Notes under the pieces: generated by a model
Database searches by the model: none
What the model saw: the letters and a program-made list of their open reading frames with translations, nothing else
What the model was told of the DNA's origin: nothing
Position numbers and translations under genes: made by a program
Shown: in pieces, positions 21,001 to 28,949 of the stretch
Layout: the number at the start of each line of letters is the position of its first letter
How positions within the stretch are numbered: position 1 is the stretch's first letter
Origin: an uncultured Luminiphilus sp.
GTDB taxonomy: Bacteria; Pseudomonadota; Gammaproteobacteria; Pseudomonadales; Halieaceae
Length of the DNA: 64,000 bases
Direction: 5' to 3'
NCBI GenBank assembly: GCA_963926105.1
Contig: CAWUVW010000008.1
Span: 867-64,866 of the forward strand

Positions 21001-21203
21001 CCATCACTCAGATCAGCAGAGCGAGAACCATCTGCACGAGATTCCCCTACCGACACTCCATCGACAACGACACCAGCACCCTCAACACCCTCGCCGCCTG
21101 CAAATACGTAAAGCAGCAATTCGTCGGCGGCAGTTGCATGCTGTGCTACTAGGGTGGCGCCGAGAAAAGCGAGCGTTCGGCTGAAGCTGAGCAATTGTGT
21201 CAT
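18018..21203 (-). CDS. TonB-dependent receptor with N-terminal carboxypeptidase-regulatory-like domains
   Basis: Start moved to Met at 21203 (signal [25 protein letters not shown]). Plug region [33 protein letters not shown]. The C-terminal beta-barrel ends ...FQIGLDWEF (terminal Phe). Confidence 0.85.
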   Translation of the reverse strand: [1061 protein letters not shown]

Positions 21204-21300
21204 TGAGACCTCTAGATATGACCGCAAACTAAACCGGCTAAACAGCAGACGGCAGTAATTGAGCGCAACCATAAAGGTCTTGTGTTACAGACTTATGTAC

Positions 21301-21320
21301 TCACTATGACAGTTTAGTGA
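21301..21320. promoter_or_regulatory. palindromic operator-like site upstream of the TBDR
   Basis: TCACTA-tgacagtt-TAGTGA, about 100 nt upstream of the TBDR start. No cognate regulator is identified. Confidence 0.25.
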
Positions 21321-21340
21321 AATTAACGAGCGGCCATTGA

Positions 21341-21535
21341 TTCAGGGTCAAAGGAAAAGCGCAGATTCACATCCTGTTGCTGGATGGCGTATACGCCTAT
21401 CGCGACAAACGACCTCCTCGATTCCAGCGCGTCAAAGCGCCGGATAAAAAGAAGTTTGAGGACCTGTTTCAGCTGATCAGTCAGCGTGTAGGTCTCTGCC
21501 TGGAACGACAGGGACTACTGGCGTGGGTAGGCTAA
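21341..21535 (+). pseudogene. IS91-family transposase relic (central segment)
   Basis: Translation ...AQIHILLLDGVYAYRDKRPPRFQRVKAPDKKKFEDLFQLISQRVGLCLERQGLL matches the conserved HFHMLFLDGVY...RF..VKAP...L..L...I..RV.R.LERQGLL block of IS91/rolling-circle transposases. It is bounded by stops, with no N-terminal part. Confidence 0.65.
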
Positions 21536-21693
21536 CAATTACTCAAAGTTAGTGCTAAAGACCTTTTCGTAGGCCCAGTGCCGTTTCTAAAAGCACTGAC
21601 ATTAAAGCACTCACGTTCTGGCGCTGAGCTTCACAATGCTACTTTTAATCCGGCTAATTAATTCGCTGCCACAGCTTGCTCGTTCACCACTGG

Positions 21694-22728
21694 TTAATAA
21701 TTAAGCGAATAAGGCAGCTCAACGAGTTGTTCGTTGTTACCCGTTAGCATGTCCAGTAGTTGGTCAAATCGCTCAGTCCCTGCGCGACGCTGGGTGATCC
21801 ATTGTGCATGCTGTTGCTGATTTGCGGCTTCGTCCAAGCGAACCCCCCACAAGCCTTTGATCTCGTTGGGCAGCATGGAATAACGCAGATCGACAACAAG
21901 GTTAGGGTCGTCTTTGTCAACGGCGAGATAGTCGCTAGAGAACCAGCGAAACCGCTCTAAATCTCTTGCTTGCTGCGATTTAGCATCAAGCCAAGGAAAA
22001 TGCTGGCCAATGTCGAGCCGAGCCACATTATCGCCTTCAATCAGCCGTGTATCGGTTGCGACTCGGACTGCGTCTACCCAGTACCGATTGTTATACTCGT
22101 AAATAACCTTCCACAGCATTATGTTGCCGAAGCTGGGCTTTGATGACACCTCTACATTGTGGTGCCCTCGGCTCGCTGCAACAGCCTCTCCCGCGGCGAT
22201 AGCCCGTTCCTGCTGCACAAACCCTAATATCAAATAAAGCACCGCCCATGCCATGCCGATACGAGCCGCTAAAGCTGACTGTTTGACGCCGGCCACCACG
22301 ACAGCCAACAGCAGTGGCAATGTGAACAGTGGATCAACAACTGACACGTTACTCCACGCTATCCGGGCATCAGAAAATGGCCAGAGCAACAGAGTGCCAT
22401 AGGTTGTGCAAGCATCGAGCAACCCGTGTGTTGCGTAACCTAAAAGTGCAATGAACCAGACTTGTTGATAGCTCAGGTGCCTACGCACAAAGGGCCAAAA
22501 TGCTAATGCACACAGTGCAGCACCAACGGGTATAAAAATCAGCGAGTGGGTGAACTGGCGATGGTACTCAAGTGATAACAAAGGATCATTGGCTGACTGG
22601 ATGAGAACATCAAGGTCTGGCGCCATTCCAGCAAGTGCTCCGATGGTGCCCACCCTCATCAAGCTGGTTTTATTAAAGATCGATTGGGATGCAGCAGAGC
22701 CCAGTACTGCCTGAGTTAAAGGATCCAT
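21694..22728 (-). CDS. membrane-bound metal-dependent hydrolase (DUF457/YdjM-like) with C-terminal extension
   Basis: Start at Met 22728 (MDPLTQAVLGSA...). Motifs YHRQFTHSLIF and GYATHGLLDACT, with multiple TM segments. An approximately 160-aa soluble tail is not recognised. Confidence 0.7.
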   Translation of the reverse strand: MDPLTQAVLGSAASQSIFNKTSLMRVGTIGALAGMAPDLDVLIQSANDPLLSLEYHRQFTHSLIFIPVGAALCALAFWPFVRRHLSYQQVWFIALLGYATHGLLDACTTYGTLLLWPFSDARIAWSNVSVVDPLFTLPLLLAVVVAGVKQSALAARIGMAWAVLYLILGFVQQERAIAAGEAVAASRGHHNVEVSSKPSFGNIMLWKVIYEYNNRYWVDAVRVATDTRLIEGDNVARLDIGQHFPWLDAKSQQARDLERFRWFSSDYLAVDKDDPNLVVDLRYSMLPNEIKGLWGVRLDEAANQQQHAQWITQRRAGTERFDQLLDMLTGNNEQLVELPYSLNY

Positions 22729-22911
22729 ATCACGTCCATTGCTAGCGTCCGTTAACACAAATAAAAACGTAGGCGTTTAAGTCATTGTGACTATCCGCGA
22801 CAACCTGCTTTTTACGTGTATCTAAGGTGTCTGAGTGTGAACTATAGCAGTAACACGCGTGTTAGCCGTTTCCGAGGGAGCACTGCTTAAAGCAGCAGAA
22901 TTTTCTGGTGT

Positions 22912-23163
22912 CATTTGCTTAAGCATGATTCGTGTCAGCACACTGCCACGCAATTCCCCCGCTCTACGGACCAGGTAGTCTATACTCAGAAGACGCCCTA
23001 CCGGGATGGCACGACCCAGGTGGCCTTCGAACTCGTGAATTTCATCGCCTATTTTGCAGCGCTAGCACCCAAACTGGGGGTTCACCTGACCCGTTACCCT
23101 GGCGTTCTAGCACCGAACCACCGCTGTCGCGGAGAAGTCACTCCGGCCAAACGTGGCAGAAGA
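22912..23163 (+). pseudogene. IS91-family transposase relic (C-terminal segment)
   Basis: VVYTQKTPYRDGTTQVAFELVNFIAYFAALAPKLGVHLTRYPGVLAPNHRCRGEVTPAKRGRR matches the conserved Y.LKTPYRDGTTH..FEPLDFIARLAALVPKPRVNLTRFHGVFAPNS..R..VTPAKRG block. It is on the same strand as, and colinear with, the 21341-21535 relic. Confidence 0.7.
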
Positions 23164-23428
23164 GTGAAACGAATCGCCAATATTACTGTTGTTGTTTCCC
23201 ATAACTGCTTTCTCCTAATTTAAATAACTGTGAAATCCAGAGCGCAGATCGAAAAGTTCAGCGACTCTGGAAGTGCAGGCGATTTTTAAGCCCATTTGTG
23301 GATCAATTAGGGGACAGCTTTTGGGTGGATGGAGGCGTCAAAAACAAGACTAAACGGGTTGCTGTTGCTAGTGATTCAAGCGCACTAATAAGTACGCTCG
23401 AACCTCAATCAATAGCGGGTTCTTTTAC

Positions 23429-24112
23429 CTAGAGCGGGTTAAGCGTCTTGAGTAAAGCCTCAGCTACGGCCGTCGATGAACCCGGATTTTGTCCAGTTAT
23501 AATCAAGCCATCGACTACCACCAGTGGATTCCAGTCATCCGTCTTCTGATATAAGCCGCCCATTGCCGCAAGCTCATCTTCGAGCAAATAGGGCACCACA
23601 TCAGTTAGCGCCACCGCTGCCTCTTCGCTGTTGCTAAAGCCAGTGACCTTTTTGCCCATAACCAAGGGATCACCGTTTGCAGACTTGGCCTTGAGCAACA
23701 CTGCCGGAGCATGGCATACACTGGCTACAGGCTTGCCTGCGGCAATGAAAGCTTCAATAAGCGCAATGGAGTCGGTGTCGTTGTGCAGGTCCCAGAGAGG
23801 ACCATGGCCGCCAGGATAAAACACTGCATCAAAATCATCTGCACTCATTGTTGATAGCTTGAACGTATTAGCTAGGGTGGTCTTGGCGGCCAGGTCATCT
23901 GCGAATCTATGGGTAGCGTCGGTTAGAAAGCCCGGCTCGTTGCTCTTGGGGTCAAGTGGCGGCTGGCCGCCCATGGGCGAGGCCAGAGTAACCGAGGCGC
24001 CAGCATCTAATAAACAGTAATAGGGGCTGGCAAATTCTTCCAACCAAAAGCCAGTTTTATGGCCGGTGTCACCGAGTTGATCATGTGAGGTCAAAACAAT
24101 TAGCAGGTTCAT
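23429..24112 (-). CDS. DJ-1/PfpI-family (class-I glutamine amidotransferase-like) protein
   Basis: 227 aa. MNLLIVLTSHDQLGDTGHKTGFWLEEFASPYY and the nucleophile-elbow VCHAPAVLL are typical of the family. Confidence 0.85.
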   Translation of the reverse strand: MNLLIVLTSHDQLGDTGHKTGFWLEEFASPYYCLLDAGASVTLASPMGGQPPLDPKSNEPGFLTDATHRFADDLAAKTTLANTFKLSTMSADDFDAVFYPGGHGPLWDLHNDTDSIALIEAFIAAGKPVASVCHAPAVLLKAKSANGDPLVMGKKVTGFSNSEEAAVALTDVVPYLLEDELAAMGGLYQKTDDWNPLVVVDGLIITGQNPGSSTAVAEALLKTLNPL

Positions 24113-24244
24113 TGGGTAGATCCTTTTAGGTGATTTGTAGTTGGGAGATAGCGTGCTGGGCGAAAAAATATTGAGCGATTTCGCGTTAATGGTTTTTCGT
24201 TGCGCGCTTATTGCAGAGTCTACTGAAAATTATTCTGCATAAGG

Positions 24245-24553
24245 TCAGGCTGACGACCAGCGGAGCGCTTGGGCAGCTCTTTCCTGGCGACATTCGTAGG
24301 AGCTCATTTCAAATTCACGACAGATCAAGGGGCGGTTTTCATAGATCGAACACATAAAGGTACCGCGATCTACAGCTGAGCACCAACCGTCGTCTAGGCG
24401 CAGCATGGTCTGTGCACCCCATCGATCCACAGAGATATGCTCAGCTGGTACGCCGGTGTCAGTGATAATCATAACTTCTAAGCGGCAGCAGCTAGCCTGG
24501 CAGGTTGAACAGCTGACCTCGGGCTCCACTAGATTTGTTACATTAATAGTCAT
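24245..24553 (-). CDS. YkgJ-family Cys-cluster (zinc/iron-chelating) protein
   Basis: 102 aa. CSTCQASCCR (CxxCxxCC) plus C-terminal YENRPLICREFE. Confidence 0.75.
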   Translation of the reverse strand: MTINVTNLVEPEVSCSTCQASCCRLEVMIITDTGVPAEHISVDRWGAQTMLRLDDGWCSAVDRGTFMCSIYENRPLICREFEMSSYECRQERAAQALRWSSA

Positions 24554-24601
24554 CTATACTAATCTCTAGTAACCATAGTTAGCTTTAGTGTTTTGCTAGG
24601 T

Positions 24602-25048
24602 TCAGTCTGTTTGAAAGGGGTTTAGGCACTGACACCGTCGTACCATCGGCACTGCCCCCCTTAACTCAAGTATTTTTAATACTTCAACTACGTCTTCAGG
24701 GTTTACCAGATTGTCAGCCCCCGATTTTATAGCGTCTTTTATTCCAGCATAATATTTCTGATAGCAACCCTGCTCGGTTTCCATGAGCTCAGTGGAAGAC
24801 TCCGAATAGAAGCGCCCATAATCTTGGGGATCTTTGAGGCCATAGCCGGGGTCATTTGGCGTCATGTCGTTTTTTAACTGCGGCTCTTGAGGGTCCAGGC
24901 CAACCTTGATGTAACTACCCCTGATTCCCTTGAGGCGAAAACGGTTATTCGGCGCACCAGAAAAGCAATTGGCATGAAGAGCCGCTTCAAGCTTTTGATA
25001 GTGCAGTAACACGTGAAAATAATCTGTGGTTTCAGAACCTTCTCTCAA
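24602..25048 (-). pseudogene. truncated Gfo/Idh/MocA-family oxidoreductase (C-terminal part only)
   Basis: ...FRLKGIRGSYIKVGLDPQEPQLKNDMTPNDPGYGLKDPQDYGRFY... resembles the C-terminal alpha/beta domain of YhhX/YdgJ-type oxidoreductases. The N-terminal Rossmann half (about 150-200 aa) is absent, and only 199 nt separate this from the next gene. Confidence 0.55.
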
Positions 25049-25247
25049 GGACTGGCTGCTTGCTGTAAGGGCTTCGGCAAGCCAAAAAGGACACCCTTCT
25101 CATACCCCCATCATAGTGTTTGCGGGTGGGCAATGTGCGCCCAGGAAATTAGGCATAGGGCATGGTTGATTGAACCAGGATCAACGGGGAGCGACCGCCC
25201 CCCGATGTTCCTACGATAATTTTAAATACCAACCTTTGACCGACAGC

Positions 25248-25613
25248 TTAAAGCAGTGCAATTGCCATCATGACCAATACCACGAGCGATGCGAGCCAAA
25301 CCAAAGTACGCACGATAGGCGTTCCAGCCAGATACAGTCCACCGTAAACCACCCGAAGAACCAACCAAGTCAATGGCAGACTGCCAAGATCAATACCATC
25401 GATTTTAGCCAACAATGCGAGCACCAAGAACGCGGGCAAGCTTTCCATATAATTAGCGGCGGCTCGCTTGGCTCTGAGCGCATGAATGGCAAAATCAACC
25501 GGCTCATCTCTTGCGCCGAGCAGCCAATTGGCGTGTTTGATACTAAAGGTCGCAGGCAGCAACCAAATGTGGACTAACAGCAATGCAAGTGCGCCGATAA
25601 TCATTATATTCAT
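25248..25613 (-). CDS. MAPEG-family membrane protein
   Basis: 121 aa, 3-4 TM. RAKRAAANYMESLPAFLVLALL matches the RA.rAh.N..E..P.F MAPEG core. Confidence 0.7.
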   Translation of the reverse strand: MNIMIIGALALLLVHIWLLPATFSIKHANWLLGARDEPVDFAIHALRAKRAAANYMESLPAFLVLALLAKIDGIDLGSLPLTWLVLRVVYGGLYLAGTPIVRTLVWLASLVVLVMMAIALL

Positions 25614-25691
25614 TGGAATAACTCCTTGTGGTAGTTGGGATTTTTATTGCTGTTAACGTGATTAATTTAACATATTTGCTGGCCCGTGAGC

Positions 25692-26606
25692 CTATTTAAG
25701 TGATCCGCCCGCTAAGGGCGATGGTGCCACGCAGTGACGTTGCAGCCATGTCAATATCCGTTCGTTAACCAAGTCCGCTTGTTCGCGGTGTAAGAAATGC
25801 CCTGCGCCCGATAGCACCTGCACTTCCAAACCCGCAGGAAAATACTGTGGCGCCATCAAAATTTTAAAAACATCGGCATCAATACAGCCTTCGTTAGCAC
25901 CCGTCAGACCCAGCGTGGGTACGGTTACGATGTAACGATTAGCAGCTCTTCTGGCTGGTGTGATAGGTGCTGCGCCTGGCCCCAATGCGGCACGATAGTA
26001 GCTCAGCGCTGCACGCACGACACCGGGTTTTCGAAATGTGTCGCACAGCCGCTCAAATTCCTGTGCCGAAAACACCCAGCCGGGACTCCATATTTGCCAT
26101 AGTCGGCGCAGAAATTTGAAATTCTTACGCGTCACCCACCAGTCAGATATCCCGCGTAACTGGAAGAACATCATGTACCAGGACATCAACGCCTGCTTGG
26201 GCGTAAAGAACGCTTCGTTAGCGAAATTTCCGGCATGAGGCACTGCCATAGTCGTTAAGCTGTTAAACCGCTCGGGAAACAGATTAGCCGCACGATAAGC
26301 AATCGCCGCACCCCAATCATGACCCACCAAGTGCGCAGATGTCGCCCCCAGCACGTCCATAATATCGACGACATCTTGGGCAAGTGCTGTATCAGTGAAA
26401 TCACCATCTTGCGGCATTGATGATGGTTCATAGCCTCGAAGACTTACCGCAACGGCGCGAAAGCCATTGGCCGCTAGAAAAACAATTTGTGCAGCCCATG
26501 TCTCCTTGGTGTCAGGAAAACCGTGCAGCATTAGCACTAAAGGACCAGAGCCTGATGATAGCGCTGATATCACGCCAAGCTCTGTCTGAATTTCTATCGA
26601 CTCCAT
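25692..26606 (-). CDS. alpha/beta hydrolase (epoxide-hydrolase-like)
   Basis: 304 aa. Motifs LMLHGFPDTKETW and the nucleophile elbow LVGHDWGAAIAY, with a C-terminal GAGHFLHRE His motif. Confidence 0.85.
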   Translation of the reverse strand: MESIEIQTELGVISALSSGSGPLVLMLHGFPDTKETWAAQIVFLAANGFRAVAVSLRGYEPSSMPQDGDFTDTALAQDVVDIMDVLGATSAHLVGHDWGAAIAYRAANLFPERFNSLTTMAVPHAGNFANEAFFTPKQALMSWYMMFFQLRGISDWWVTRKNFKFLRRLWQIWSPGWVFSAQEFERLCDTFRKPGVVRAALSYYRAALGPGAAPITPARRAANRYIVTVPTLGLTGANEGCIDADVFKILMAPQYFPAGLEVQVLSGAGHFLHREQADLVNERILTWLQRHCVAPSPLAGGSLK

Positions 26607-26692
26607 CCCCTGTCCCCCACAGTATTAAATACTATTTAACCCACTGAATCTAAGCCACATAAAGCTCAAGCGCCGCTCGCGCATTACTGCAT

Positions 26693-27922
26693 TTAACGAG
26701 GTATGCGTACAAGGCCAATACGATTACTGCTACTTTGGTGAATCAGTAGGTTTTTATCTTTGGTAACCCAAACATGGCGCACAATGCCAATCCCAGAAGG
26801 TATGGCCCAACTCTGAAACCGCTCCGAGGTGGGGTCAAACCGCACTAAAGTATCTGGTCGCATTCCCGACTCGTTGTACCAGATCACGTCATCTATCACT
26901 GCGATGGCATAGGGATGCGACGAAGGTCCGCTAGGCGAATCCCATTCCTTAACAATGCCTGTTTTAGCATCGAGGTTGCCGATCTTCCCCAGCGAAGAAT
27001 TAACGAACCAGATTGATCCATTGCTGGCGATATCGAGTCGTCGAATACGACTTCGTGGATCCGGAATCTCAAAATAACGAATGGCTAATGTGTCGGGATG
27101 AACTTCGGCGATGGCGTTAGTGCCGTTGTAAGCCACATAAAGCATGCCATTGCGCCCTACTTTGATGCCATAGGGCCTAGCGCGCGTTGATATTTCGGTC
27201 AGCGCGCCGGTTGCGGGATCAAGCCTACCCAAAACGCCCGAATGCTGCGCGGTGAAATACAATTTACCGTTGTCGTGAAATACCGCTGTATGGGGGTCTT
27301 TTGCAGTGGTTGGATACTCAGTGATCACACCTGTTACGGGGTCTAAACGGCCGATGGTGGCGTTGCTATTACCCGTATACCAAATATAACCATCATCATC
27401 AGGCACGATCGAATGTGGGCGCGCGGTGACTGGCAGCTGGTATTCCTCCATCTGTCCCGTCTCAGGATCTAAGCGTCCGACAATAGAAGCCCACATACCG
27501 GTCCACCAAATTGCGCCGTCAGCTGACTCAATCGGGTCGCGTGCGCGCTGCCCTAACGTGGGCACAGCCCATTCTTTGATCTCTATCGGGAAGTCACCGG
27601 CGATTAAGTTAGGTATTCGCTCAGGTTTTGCGGGAAAGTGCTTCGCCAAATACTCACTGATGGTACGGGCTTGTGCCGCGGGCAAGCTCACCATGGTTGC
27701 CATGAGCTCGCGCCACGCTGCGGGGGAATCGTATCCTTGCGCCCGGTCAAGGTAACTTACAGAATGGCATCTACTACATACCGATTCGGTCAAAGCCGCC
27801 CCCTGTCCCTCTGGAAGCCCCGCATGGCTGAGCGAGGTAAGCATTAAGCAGCTAAAGAGCAGAGCAGCGCAAAAGTATTTGTGAAATGGGATTAGCGGAG
27901 CCATCAAAGATAATCCTTTCAA
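26693..27922 (-). CDS. c-type cytochrome domain fused to Vgb (streptogramin-lyase)-like beta-propeller
   Basis: 409 aa with a signal peptide and the heme-c site CSRCHS. This is followed by repeated blades (IWYTGNSNATIGRLDPVTG / LYFTAQHSGVLGRLDPATG / IWFVNSSLGKIGNLDAKTG). Confidence 0.7.
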   Translation of the reverse strand: MKGLSLMAPLIPFHKYFCAALLFSCLMLTSLSHAGLPEGQGAALTESVCSRCHSVSYLDRAQGYDSPAAWRELMATMVSLPAAQARTISEYLAKHFPAKPERIPNLIAGDFPIEIKEWAVPTLGQRARDPIESADGAIWWTGMWASIVGRLDPETGQMEEYQLPVTARPHSIVPDDDGYIWYTGNSNATIGRLDPVTGVITEYPTTAKDPHTAVFHDNGKLYFTAQHSGVLGRLDPATGALTEISTRARPYGIKVGRNGMLYVAYNGTNAIAEVHPDTLAIRYFEIPDPRSRIRRLDIASNGSIWFVNSSLGKIGNLDAKTGIVKEWDSPSGPSSHPYAIAVIDDVIWYNESGMRPDTLVRFDPTSERFQSWAIPSGIGIVRHVWVTKDKNLLIHQSSSNRIGLVRIPR

Positions 27923-28590
27923 GCAGGTTTAGGTTTGTAGCCTATGACAATAATACTTGTGCGGGAAAATCTTATCGCGCTCAGATCTCAAAACGTTCGG
28001 TCTAGTTAATCGCGACCAGCTTACTTTCTACAGCGAAAATCCGAATTTTCAGCCTTCTTCAGAAACCCTGCCAGTCCAAGCCATGGTTAATCCAATACTG
28101 CTCGGTAACTCGGCGTTTTCCCTGGCGACAACGAAGTCGATAGATAGCAAATTCTATTGCAGATCTGGGAGGTGTTATACGGCATGAATCGCAGTCATCT
28201 TCACAGCCCCCAGAACCCCTATCGCCGATCGCCGATCGCCTCTGAAGGGCGGTAGCGCGATAAAATTAACATCAAAAGACCCTGTATTTCGTTTTATCAC
28301 TATAAAGCAGAAATTTATAACTAAACGGTTTTAGCCAAAGCTGAACTAATCTGTTTTAGTAGTGGAGTGCGAGTCACTCCCCTGCGGGTGCACACGGTTA
28401 TAGCCGATAGCGCACATGGCCTTAGTGCCTGTGTGCTTGGGTGCACCACGCCCGCCTCCCTGAGTTGGACATTGTTCCAGCGAGCTCTGTACAAACTTCA
28501 ATTTAACCCATTTCGGCGGTGTCTATCACTGTGGCTTAAAGCTGCTTTGATCATTCAAGATGCCGCTATTTCTGTAGCAAAGGAGAAACT

Positions 28591-28794
28591 ATGAAGCGTC
28601 ACAAGCGAGACATGAATCAGCGTGCCTTTGAACGAGGCTATCAAGCGGGTCTCACAGGAAAAAGCAACGATCTCTGCCCCCACTCTGACGGCGATCATCG
28701 CAACAACTGGTTATTAGGATGGCGAGAGGGCCGAACCGATCAATGGGATGGGCTCAATAGCGTCACCGCATGTCATAAACTCTCAGGGTTCTAA
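28591..28794 (+). CDS. rmf: ribosome modulation factor
   Basis: MKRHKRDMNQRAFERGYQAGLTGKSNDLCPHSDGDHRNNWLLGWREG closely parallels E. coli RMF (MKRQKRDRLERAHQRGYQAGIAGRS...WLGGWRE). AAGGAG lies 7 nt upstream. Confidence 0.9.
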   Translation: MKRHKRDMNQRAFERGYQAGLTGKSNDLCPHSDGDHRNNWLLGWREGRTDQWDGLNSVTACHKLSGF

Positions 28795-28872
28795 CAGACC
28801 GTTTTAAAGTCCTGCTAGCGCGGCGCAGCCTGCTAGGCGCTGTCGCCAGAGTTTATTTAAAGCAATGTAAAC

Positions 28873-28902
28873 AGCCCCGGGAACCTTCGGGGCTTGTTTT
28901 TG
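28873..28902 (+). terminator. rho-independent terminator after rmf
   Basis: AGCCCCG-ggaacctt-CGGGGCT followed by tgttttt. Confidence 0.75.
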
Positions 28903-28949
28903 TCGTAAATGCCACCATAGTATCCTGCTGAACTTAGTGAGTATTTGAC

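Noticed and set aside
21204-21272. 23-codon extension of the TBDR ORF
   Set aside because: A canonical signal peptide starts at the internal Met (21203), and the extension is not signal-like.
21204-21340. Fur box upstream of the TonB-dependent receptor
   Set aside because: I found no sequence resembling GATAATGATAATCATTATC. Only the unrelated TCACTA-N8-TAGTGA palindrome is present.
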